The notes under the pieces are model-generated. The model was not told where the DNA came from, searched no databases, and worked only from the letters and a program-made list of their open reading frames with translations. 64,000 nucleotides of DNA. It comes from Fidelibacterota bacterium. Lineage in GTDB: Bacteria > Fidelibacterota > UBA2242. Below are positions 1 to 8,394 of this stretch, piece by piece; the first letter of the stretch is position 1, and each line of letters begins with the position of its first letter. The DNA lies in contig JBNGDF010000001.1 in NCBI GenBank assembly GCA_049975265.1, positions 96,001 through 160,000 on the forward strand, given 5' to 3'. The position numbers and the translations under genes were made by a program.

Positions 1-2
1 TC

Positions 3-1406
3 CTGTTAGAGCAGTTTGTCATCGGGGACAGTGCGGTTGTGATCGTTCCGTCGAAGTGGCCCGGTCTGAGCAACAGCGGTGATAAGATTGTGATAAAGGA
101 CCTGACCGGGCGGATGATTGATTCTCTGGAATATACCGAACAGTGGGGCTTAAAACCCGGTCTTTCCCATGAAAAACGGCTGCTCCGCCTTGCCAGCGAG
201 GCTGTTGATAATTGGTCATTATCCAGTGACAAACAGGGTGCGACTCCCGGTTATATCAACTCAATTACGCCGCGCCTCTACGATTTAAAAATGGATTCAA
301 TCAAAATTACCGTTTATGATAACACAATGGATTCAAAAGCCCGGTTACTATGTTGGTTTTCCAATTGTGGACAACGCGCTTGTGCGGTAGCGGAAATGAT
401 GGTGCAATGCGATGATTATTTGATTGCCACGCAGGTGGTGAACAATATCGCCGTCGGAATGGGGAATTCCCTTGAGTTTGAGATCGGTCCCTTCGAATCG
501 GGAATTCATTGCCTGGATGTCTTTGTTGCTTGGACGGAGGACCTGGAACATGGCAACGATACCCTCCGCACCGAAATCAGAACCGCTTTTCAGCCCGGGT
601 CGCTGCTTTTGTCAGAATTCATGGCTTATCCCGACGATATATTCGCCGAAAACAGTCCCATTTGCGAGTATATCGAAATCTATAATCCAGCCGGCAAAAT
701 ACCGCTTAAAGGCTGGTCAGTTTGCGATGAGAATACGGCGATTTTAGCCGAAATTCGGGAGGAGAAGACAATCCAGCCAGGCAGATATTTTGTTCTCGCT
801 GCCGACTCGACGATTTTCAATTATCCCGGTGTAAACCCGGAAAACACCGCAGTTCTGGAAAAATTTCCGACGCTTAACAACAGCGCCGATGCAATTTATA
901 TCAAAGATGTCGTTGGTCGGACCATAGACAGTCTGGTCTATACGGCGAAATGGGAAATTATCCGGAATGTTTCCCAGGAAAGAATCCGTTTCGATAATCC
1001 CAATACCGCTGAAAACTGGCGACTTTCGACGGCAGCTGCGGGCGGAACGCCGGGATATATAAATTCCGTCGCGATTGACGAGGAATTGACAAAACCGGGT
1101 ATAAAGGTTGAACCGAACCCATTTACTCCGAACGGCGACGGAATTGATGATGAGGTGGCGATTTTGTATCAGTTACCGTTTCCCAGCGCCAGTGTGTCGG
1201 TGCAGGTCTATGATATGCTGGGACGCCTGATCTTTGAACCTGCCAGGAACCTGGTTTCATCTTCACAGGGGGTGGTCTACTGGGACGGCAGTAGTCAGTA
1301 TGGCAATCGGGCGCGGATCGGCATGTATGTTGTCCGTCTTTCTGCTACTGACCGGACCAGTGACAAGACTGTTGGATATGTCACAACCGTTGTGCTGGGG
1401 CGGTGA
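3..1406 (+). CDS. Secreted lamin-tail-domain (LTD) repeat protein with C-terminal FlgD-Ig/T9SS-type sorting domain; 5' end outside window
   Basis: Frame is open from nt 3. Two similar modules (LSNSGDKIVIKD..IDSLEY..NWSLS..GATPGYINS and LNNSADAIYIKD..IDSLVY..NWRLS..GGTPGYINS); LSEFMAYP..EYIEIYN LTD start; C-terminal PNPFTPNGDG..VYDMLGRLI..WDG..GMYVV. Confidence 0.75.
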   Translation: MLEQFVIGDSAVVIVPSKWPGLSNSGDKIVIKDLTGRMIDSLEYTEQWGLKPGLSHEKRLLRLASEAVDNWSLSSDKQGATPGYINSITPRLYDLKMDSIKITVYDNTMDSKARLLCWFSNCGQRACAVAEMMVQCDDYLIATQVVNNIAVGMGNSLEFEIGPFESGIHCLDVFVAWTEDLEHGNDTLRTEIRTAFQPGSLLLSEFMAYPDDIFAENSPICEYIEIYNPAGKIPLKGWSVCDENTAILAEIREEKTIQPGRYFVLAADSTIFNYPGVNPENTAVLEKFPTLNNSADAIYIKDVVGRTIDSLVYTAKWEIIRNVSQERIRFDNPNTAENWRLSTAAAGGTPGYINSVAIDEELTKPGIKVEPNPFTPNGDGIDDEVAILYQLPFPSASVSVQVYDMLGRLIFEPARNLVSSSQGVVYWDGSSQYGNRARIGMYVVRLSATDRTSDKTVGYVTTVVLGR

Positions 1407-1503
1407 AGGAATGCAAAATAACCTTGATTTTTTGGATATCCATATGTAACATTCTTCACATGTTATTATCAAAAGGCTAAATTGTTAAGGGAGGATGTAA
1501 GAA

Positions 1504-2592
1504 ATGAAAAATGGTTTTATCGCTGTGATAGTTGTTTTGTCGTTGATGGTTTCTGTGTTCGCTCAGGAATTCTCAATGGACCGGGTGACGGAATTGGTCG
1601 AAACTAATGGGAAAAATTATCTTCAGCCATTAGTTACGGGTTACGGCTCAGCCATGAACACAGGACTGTTTAATACGGCAAAAACACACAAATTGCTTGG
1701 TTTTGATATTGGATTAAGAATGGGGGTAGGAATTGTCCCAACCGGTGAACAGTCAACGTATGACTTTGATGTTTCCGTTTTGGACAATATTTCGGTTCCC
1801 CTTGGTGATTACACACTTGATTTGAACCCGGCAGAGCTATTTTCAGACACGGAGACTCCGACCATTCTTGGTGGAGACGCAGAACCGTTTGAAGTAGATC
1901 AGAGCTACATTGAGCAGGCGCTCTTTAATGCTATTAAAAATGAACAGCCGAGTTTGTCCGACGATCAGGTAAATCAGATTATTAGTGGGATGAGTGGTGA
2001 TATTGCGAGTGCTGTTAATGACATTAACATTTCCTCCATACCGGGAATGAAATCAATCAACGCACTAAAAGACCTGGAAAACCTGATTTTCCCCTTTCCG
2101 ATTATCCAGGCAAGTATTGGATTGCCCATGGGGATTGAGCCATCCATCAGGGTAATTCCGGCAATATCGATTCCCGGCGATGTTGGCGATGCCCTTGGAG
2201 AGATCTCTGCTTTTGGCGCAGGCTTGAAGCTGGACCTTGATCAATTCATTCCAATACCCCTTTTCCCGGTTGATATTGCCGCACAAGCATACTATCAGAC
2301 GTTCAAAATGGGTGATATTCTATCAGCTAATAATGTTAATTTCAATATTCACGCCAGTAAAAAATTGTTGATGTTTACGCCGTATTTAGGAATTGGTGTG
2401 GACAATACATCGTTTACGGCGTCCTATAAAATGGGTGATGGCGAGAAGCAGGACTTTACCATTGAAGGTGACAATAAACTGAGAACCACCGTCGGTCTTA
2501 ATATCAAGCTTCTTGTTCTGCAGATCAATGCCGAATATGCGATGGGCGAATACAACTCCGCAGCTATTGGGGTTGGATTTGCTTTGAGATAA
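1504..2592 (+). CDS. Outer-membrane beta-barrel-like protein (DUF6588-like)
   Basis: SD GGAGG upstream; signal peptide MKNGFIAVIVVLSLMVSVFA; MNTGLFNTAKTHKLLGFDIG motif; alternating hydrophobic beta-strands at the C-terminus. Confidence 0.65.
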   Translation: MKNGFIAVIVVLSLMVSVFAQEFSMDRVTELVETNGKNYLQPLVTGYGSAMNTGLFNTAKTHKLLGFDIGLRMGVGIVPTGEQSTYDFDVSVLDNISVPLGDYTLDLNPAELFSDTETPTILGGDAEPFEVDQSYIEQALFNAIKNEQPSLSDDQVNQIISGMSGDIASAVNDINISSIPGMKSINALKDLENLIFPFPIIQASIGLPMGIEPSIRVIPAISIPGDVGDALGEISAFGAGLKLDLDQFIPIPLFPVDIAAQAYYQTFKMGDILSANNVNFNIHASKKLLMFTPYLGIGVDNTSFTASYKMGDGEKQDFTIEGDNKLRTTVGLNIKLLVLQINAEYAMGEYNSAAIGVGFALR

Positions 2593-2617
2593 TCAATATA
2601 TTGTAAATATTACATAT

Positions 2618-2655
2618 GGGGGACATTTTTAAGTGTCCCCCTTTATTATTTTTTT
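2618..2655 (+). terminator. Rho-independent terminator
   Basis: GGGGGACA-ttttTAAG-TGTCCCCC stem-loop followed by TTTATTATTTTTTT, just after the 1504..2592 stop. Confidence 0.85.
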
Positions 2656-2715
2656 CGTTTCAGAAAATAATTAATTAATTTTGCTCCAGGTTTTATACAG
2701 GGAGAAAAGTTATCA

Positions 2716-3468
2716 ATGGGTAAATGGACGGGAACAATCATCGGTGGCGGGATCGGCTGGGCGCTGTTCGGACCGCTGGGTGCCTTGCTGGGGGCATATA
2801 TCGGCAATATGGTTTCAGAAAACCGGTCTCGCGGCGGTGCCTATCAACGGCAGTCGATTTACGGAGAGAGTTCTCCCTATGGCGATACCCGCGCCGGCGA
2901 TTTTGCGGTGGCACTGCTGTCGCTCTTTGCTTATGTCAGCAAATCGGACCAGACGGTGCGCTCGTCAGAAGTTCAGTACGTCAAGGATTATCTTATTAAA
3001 AAATTCGGCACTCAGAATGCCCGCGATCTGATGTATCTGTACCGCGAAATTCTGAAAAAGAGTTATAACATTAGCGATATATCCCATCAGATTAGCCGAC
3101 ATATGGATTACTATTCCCGCCTTGAGCTGGTGCACATCCTTTATGGCATTGCCGGTGCCGACGGTGAATTTAACCCGGCTGAATTGCGCGCCATTCAGGA
3201 AATTTGTACGGGGCTTGGGCTTTCCTCTGATGACCACAATTCCATCAAATCCATTTTCCTTAAGACCAACCATCGGGAGTATGCTATTTTAAACGTATCG
3301 CCCCGGGACGATGTTGAGACAATTAAAAAAGCCTATCGTGATCTGGCTGTCAAGTATCATCCCGACAAGGTTGCCAATCTCGGTCCTGAAATTCAGGAGT
3401 TGGCGGAGGAAAAATTCAAGGCAATCAATGATGCTTATCAGAAAATCCGTAAAGAGCGGGGATTTTAA
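2716..3468 (+). CDS. djlA: DjlA-like co-chaperone (N-terminal TM, TerB-like domain, C-terminal J domain)
   Basis: Gly-rich [19 protein letters not shown]; TerB-like [10 protein letters not shown] domain [29 protein letters not shown]. Confidence 0.85.
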   Translation: MGKWTGTIIGGGIGWALFGPLGALLGAYIGNMVSENRSRGGAYQRQSIYGESSPYGDTRAGDFAVALLSLFAYVSKSDQTVRSSEVQYVKDYLIKKFGTQNARDLMYLYREILKKSYNISDISHQISRHMDYYSRLELVHILYGIAGADGEFNPAELRAIQEICTGLGLSSDDHNSIKSIFLKTNHREYAILNVSPRDDVETIKKAYRDLAVKYHPDKVANLGPEIQELAEEKFKAINDAYQKIRKERGF

Positions 3469-3483
3469 CCAAATTTTGTAAAT

Positions 3484-4269
3484 ATGGACACCGAATATAC
3501 GATCGCCGACCTGGCTGTGAATATGCACAATCTCGATAAAAGGATCGTGCATTTCAGCGTTATTGATTCGACCAACCGGTTTTTGCTTGAGGAGAATGAT
3601 TTATCCGGCGGAACGGTGGTGTGGGCGGATTACCAGACCGCCGGGCGGGGGCGCTTTAACCGGGCCTGGCAGAGTCCGCCGGGCGACGCACTGCTCTTTT
3701 CAATATTGTTGCGCGAGCCCTATTGTGCCATTAGTTTATCAGTATATCCTCTCCTGGCGGCGGTGGGGGTATATGACGGACTCCGCTCTGTTTTGCCAGA
3801 GGGAAATGTCCTTTCTGTGAAATGGCCGAATGATATTTTGTTGAACGGAAAGAAGGTGTGTGGAATATTGGCGCAGAGCCGGATGAAGGGAGCGCGCTGT
3901 GAATCTTTGGTCGTCGGCGTCGGGCTGAACGTCAATCAGCCGAAGGATTTCTTTCAAGAGAATTTAAAAAACGCAAGCTCCATTTTTCTGGAGACCGGCT
4001 GTCAATGGGACCGTTTTGAGATATTGCAGCGGGTTTTGTTGGCGATCGACCATTTGTTGACGGAGCTTTCGGTTTCCGGCAGACGTGTGATTATGGAAAA
4101 GTGGTCGGATGCATGCGATTCGGTGGGGCAGATGATTGCGATTCATGACGGGAATGAGACAGTATCCGGAATTTTTCACGGAGTCGCAAGTGATGGTGCA
4201 ATGCGGCTGGAGACCGGTTCCGGAGTGAGAACATTTTATGCCGGAGATGTTTCGGTGGTGAAGGAGTGA
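3484..4269 (+). CDS. birA: Biotin--protein ligase (no N-terminal HTH)
   Basis: IDSTN, QTAGRGR..W, KWPNDI, KVCGIL and GVGLNVN motifs. Confidence 0.93.
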   Translation: MDTEYTIADLAVNMHNLDKRIVHFSVIDSTNRFLLEENDLSGGTVVWADYQTAGRGRFNRAWQSPPGDALLFSILLREPYCAISLSVYPLLAAVGVYDGLRSVLPEGNVLSVKWPNDILLNGKKVCGILAQSRMKGARCESLVVGVGLNVNQPKDFFQENLKNASSIFLETGCQWDRFEILQRVLLAIDHLLTELSVSGRRVIMEKWSDACDSVGQMIAIHDGNETVSGIFHGVASDGAMRLETGSGVRTFYAGDVSVVKE

Positions 4270-4272
4270 ACG

Positions 4273-5040
4273 ATGCTTTTGGTGATTGATATCGGAAATA
4301 CCAACACGGTTATCGGGATTTATCGGGGAGACCGGCTGGTGGCGAGCTGGCGGCTGGTCAGCTCCCATACCCGGACGGCGGACGAGTACTGGATTTTGGT
4401 TCGGCAGCTCTCCATTTCTGCCGATATCCCGACGGAGCGGATTGACGGCATTGCCATCAGCTCGGTAGTGCCGGAGCTGACGGACAGTTTCACGAGGATG
4501 AGCCGGGATCATTTTCAGCTGGAGCCTCTGATTGTCAGCAGTGATTTAGAATTGGGAATTGCGCTGAAGGTGCGGGAACCGAAACAGATCGGCGCCGACC
4601 GCTTGTGTAATATTGTTGCTGCGAAAGAACTTTTTGATTGTCCGCTGATTGTGGTGGACCTCGGCACCGCCACCACATTTGATGTCGTAAACCGAAGCGG
4701 AGAGTACGTGGGAGGCGCGATTTCACCGGGGCTCGTGACCGGTTCACTGGAGCTGATTCGCAAAGCGGCGCAGCTGCATGATATTGATTTGCGTTATCCC
4801 GCCCGAATGATTGGCAAGACGACCAAAGAGCACATGCAGAGCGGAATTTTTATCGGTCATATTGCCATGATCGAAGGTATTGTGGATCGAATGAGGTCCG
4901 AGCTGGGTGAAGAAAACCTGCAGGTGATTACCACCGGCGGTTATGCCGAGGAGATCGCCCGGCACACAGACCGGGTGAACCGTTTTGATAAAAATTTGAC
5001 TCTGACGGGACTCCGTTTGATATACAAAATGAACAGATAG
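4273..5040 (+). CDS. coaX: Type III pantothenate kinase
   Basis: DIGNT, SSVVP, GADR, VDLGTATT, GGAISPG and TGG motifs; adjacent to birA. Confidence 0.95.
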   Translation: MLLVIDIGNTNTVIGIYRGDRLVASWRLVSSHTRTADEYWILVRQLSISADIPTERIDGIAISSVVPELTDSFTRMSRDHFQLEPLIVSSDLELGIALKVREPKQIGADRLCNIVAAKELFDCPLIVVDLGTATTFDVVNRSGEYVGGAISPGLVTGSLELIRKAAQLHDIDLRYPARMIGKTTKEHMQSGIFIGHIAMIEGIVDRMRSELGEENLQVITTGGYAEEIARHTDRVNRFDKNLTLTGLRLIYKMNR

Positions 5041-5049
5041 GAGGCGATC

Positions 5050-6015
5050 ATGCGATGTACGCGACTGGGCAAGACCGGATTATCGGTATCAACGATCGGT
5101 TTCGGGGCGTGGGCTATCGGCGGGACAAATTGGGGCGCCACCGATGATGACGTTTCGAAAAGAGCTCTGCACGCTGCCCTCGACCTGGGCGTCACCTTCA
5201 TTGATACCGCCGATGTCTACGGATTTGGACATTCGGAGTCATTGATTGCCGAAGTTATTGCAGAGCGTGGCGGTAAGGCAGATATCGTCATTGCCACCAA
5301 GGCGGGGAACGATTTTTATCATGCCGGCAGAGAAGATGATGCGGGCTACGGACCTATTCGCCAGACCTATACCAAAGAGTACATCCGCTTCGCCGCCGAG
5401 CAGAGCCTGAAGCGCCTGCGGTTAGATACCCTGGATATCCTGCAGCTGCACTCCGGGGATCTGGAGAATCTTGACCGGGACGAACCGTGGGAAACATTAC
5501 AGAGATTAAAACAGGAGGGAAAAATTCGCTACGCCGGTTGGAGTGTGCAATCGTTTCAGGAAACCGCCCACGCCTTTTTGCTGGATCGCTATCATGACGT
5601 TATTGATACGATTCAGGTACGCTACAATCTTCTGGAGCGGGGGGCGGAGAAAGAACTGTTTCCCAGGGCGATGAAATACAATATCGGGGTAATTGTCAGA
5701 ATACCTCTCCTGTTCGGTCTGCTAACGGGCAAATTCAGCCGCAGTTCCAGATTTGGGGAGAATGATCATCGCCGGATGAATCTGTCGCCGGAGAAGATGG
5801 AGAAATATCTGGAACAGATGGAGAAATGTCAATCGTTATACAATCGCTATCCGGATCAGACAGCCGCACAGGTCAGTTTGCGGTTCTGTATTTCGCATCC
5901 CGCCTGTCATCTGGCAATTCCCGGTGCAAAAACCGCCCAGCAGGTCGCGGATAATTGCGCTGCTTCGGACCTGGGACCTTTGCCTGTGGAAGATATTCCC
6001 TCTCTGGAACCGTAG
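5050..6015 (+). CDS. Aldo/keto reductase
   Basis: LGKTGLSVSTIGFGAW, FIDTADVYG, IATK, SLKRLRLDTLDILQLH, IPGAK motifs. Confidence 0.93.
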   Translation: MRCTRLGKTGLSVSTIGFGAWAIGGTNWGATDDDVSKRALHAALDLGVTFIDTADVYGFGHSESLIAEVIAERGGKADIVIATKAGNDFYHAGREDDAGYGPIRQTYTKEYIRFAAEQSLKRLRLDTLDILQLHSGDLENLDRDEPWETLQRLKQEGKIRYAGWSVQSFQETAHAFLLDRYHDVIDTIQVRYNLLERGAEKELFPRAMKYNIGVIVRIPLLFGLLTGKFSRSSRFGENDHRRMNLSPEKMEKYLEQMEKCQSLYNRYPDQTAAQVSLRFCISHPACHLAIPGAKTAQQVADNCAASDLGPLPVEDIPSLEP

Positions 6016-6020
6016 ATGCC

Positions 6021-6404
6021 ATGATTATCCGTAATATCTCTCTGTTTTTATATCGCAACCGACGGACCCTGATGACGTGGACCATCATTGTTTTGGCGAT
6101 TATCCTGGGAATTGCATTCCATATTGATAAAGAGATCATCGCAGTCGCCGTCGTCATATTTGGTATCGTTGCAAACGCCTTTGCGGGACTGGCAGGGATC
6201 ATCGCTATGGTCCCGGTTATCGGCCCCGTTTTGATCAAGGTTCTATCGTTACCGCTTTTCTGGCTTTTTAATGCCCTGGGATATTTTGTTTCGGTTTTGG
6301 CTATTAAAAAAGGTTACGGTCGCGATGTGGTCAGCTACCGGATGATTACGATCATCTTTTTAATCGGCTTTGCGGTCGGGTTTATCATTGCCAAAATAGT
6401 CTGA
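6021..6404 (+). CDS. Small integral membrane protein, function unknown
   Basis: ATG 5 nt after the AKR stop; about four hydrophobic segments. Confidence 0.65.
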   Translation: MIIRNISLFLYRNRRTLMTWTIIVLAIILGIAFHIDKEIIAVAVVIFGIVANAFAGLAGIIAMVPVIGPVLIKVLSLPLFWLFNALGYFVSVLAIKKGYGRDVVSYRMITIIFLIGFAVGFIIAKIV

Positions 6405-8393
6405 GGCGGGTGTAATTGTGACGGATATGATTTCATCTCCCCTTTCTATTCTTTCCGCGACGGACAGACCTTGAATGACAGTGCCGAAGAGGGTGTAATT
6501 GGCGTCCAGATGGTATTGAGCGCTTGTGGTGATGAAAAATTGTGAGCCCTCTGTATCGGCTCCGGCGTTTGCCATGCCCACGGTACCGGGTTCAAAGCGG
6601 AGCGGAGAGCGTTCCGTGCGCAGATAGTAAGCAGGACCACCCCAGCCATCGCCGCGTGGATCACCGCTTTGAGCAACGAAATTCGGGATGACCCGGTGAA
6701 ATAGTAATCCGTCGTAAAATCCCGACTCGATCCGGTGGAGAAACGCATCTACTGTGTAAGGTGCATAAAAGCCATCACACCGGATGACAATCACTCCCCG
6801 ATTGGTGGTTATTTTGACCATCGGGTCGATGCCGTATTTTTGCAGCTTCGAGAGATTCCGGTATAGATTGGCGTCATAATATATATTTGACGAAGAGAAA
6901 ATCAGATTATAAGATTCCCTCAACACCCGACCTGCCTCCTGCCGGAGAGCCCGGTTTCTACAATGCAATAATGGAAAAAGGATTTCGGTTGCATCCGGTG
7001 GGTGAATGGATTCAATCGCCCGGATCACCACCACCAGTGATTCGGTATAGCGATAACGGTTACGATTTTCCAGACAGTTGTACAGATGTGGTAAAAATAT
7101 GCTGTCGGGGCTGGTGGATGAGATGTACTGTGCCGACAGGAAAATTTTTACTGGGTCTGCACTCGTCAGACCGCTGATAATCAATTGCTCGCCCGTACTG
7201 TTTAAAATCAACTGGTTTTTTAGCAATGAATCGAGCTGTCCGACCAGAAAGCCGTACGCCGTAGTAGCCACGGATTTTTGGTGGTGATCAATCAGAGGCA
7301 GGACGGTCTGGTAGATTTTTTGAGATGGCGGACGGGAACGAAATCCGGCGATCATGTCCGGCAGGAAAGCGGTTTCTACAGCAAGGCTGTCCTGAATTTT
7401 CTGAAGCGGGGAATCCTCCCGGGAATAGATAAAGGTGATGGCGGACCCGCGTACCGACCTGTGAGGAGAGTCGATATTGCGTAGAATTTTGGAAATGATC
7501 CTGTTGCTCAGGATCAGCCGGGGGGGTGGATTCTGCTGAGCAGCGGCGACCACATGGGCAGATGAATCATCCAGCAGGGCTGTCCAGAGAGTCTCGGCAT
7601 TTTCTAAAGACGGTAGAGCCTGAACCGCCTCGTACCGGACACGCCAGTCGGTATCACCCAGAAAATGGCGGTAGATTTCAGATTTGCCACGGAATTGGAC
7701 GTTTTTTAGCAGACGAGCGGCTGTAATACGCACCGCGGTGTCCGGACTGTTCCCGGCTGTCAGCAACAGATTTACATAGGGTTTGATGTTGTCGGTGTCC
7801 CGGATTCGCTGCAGGGCTACCGCCGCCGCCTGGCGGGCGGTTTGATTGGGCGATAAAAGGGTCTGATAGCAGATATGCAGGAGTGAGTCATCAAACACAC
7901 CGCGTTGAAACCAGTGCACCGCCGATGTACATAGTGTTGTTCGGTCTGCCTCGTTGTGGAGTCTTTTCCGGACCGCCTGTAGATGGTGCGGATTGCCGAT
8001 TCGCCCCAGAGCCAACACCGTCTGCCGAACAATGTCAGGATCCTCCGCCTGCTCCAGCTGACGGCGTAACATCTCCTGAGATTGCCGGCAGGGCAGCAAT
8101 CCGGCGGCAAAGGTTGCTGCGCTGCGCACCACTGCAGATTCATCTGCAAGAAACGTTGCTAAAGCGGATACAAGAGTGGTGTCTTGTGAATTGCCGATAG
8201 CCAGACAGAGTCGAAAGCGGTCACGCGGGCTTGGCAGAGGCAGAGCTTCTTTCAGGAGCAGACTCAGTTGTCGCTCGTTCTGATACCGGAGAATCCGTTT
8301 TTCGTTCTCGGAAAATGGACCTTTTGAACAGCTGAAAGGGAGCAGAACAAATAAGACGATGGGCAGTATTATGGAGAAAGAACGTTTGAAAAT
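6360..8393 (-). CDS. Lipoprotein with HEAT repeats and C-terminal cyclophilin-type peptidyl-prolyl isomerase; probable ATT start (ORF track start 8453)
   Basis: Signal/lipobox FKRSFSIILPIVLFVLLPFS-C; HEAT-like repeats (DESAVVRSAA, DTDWRVRYEAV); cyclophilin motifs FHRVIPNFVAQSGDP and GMANAG..GSQFFI. Confidence 0.85.
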   Translation of the reverse strand: MFKRSFSIILPIVLFVLLPFSCSKGPFSENEKRILRYQNERQLSLLLKEALPLPSPRDRFRLCLAIGNSQDTTLVSALATFLADESAVVRSAATFAAGLLPCRQSQEMLRRQLEQAEDPDIVRQTVLALGRIGNPHHLQAVRKRLHNEADRTTLCTSAVHWFQRGVFDDSLLHICYQTLLSPNQTARQAAAVALQRIRDTDNIKPYVNLLLTAGNSPDTAVRITAARLLKNVQFRGKSEIYRHFLGDTDWRVRYEAVQALPSLENAETLWTALLDDSSAHVVAAAQQNPPPRLILSNRIISKILRNIDSPHRSVRGSAITFIYSREDSPLQKIQDSLAVETAFLPDMIAGFRSRPPSQKIYQTVLPLIDHHQKSVATTAYGFLVGQLDSLLKNQLILNSTGEQLIISGLTSADPVKIFLSAQYISSTSPDSIFLPHLYNCLENRNRYRYTESLVVVIRAIESIHPPDATEILFPLLHCRNRALRQEAGRVLRESYNLIFSSSNIYYDANLYRNLSKLQKYGIDPMVKITTNRGVIVIRCDGFYAPYTVDAFLHRIESGFYDGLLFHRVIPNFVAQSGDPRGDGWGGPAYYLRTERSPLRFEPGTVGMANAGADTEGSQFFITTSAQYHLDANYTLFGTVIQGLSVAERIERGDEIISVTITPASDYFGNDKPDRKAD

Positions 8394-8394
8394 T

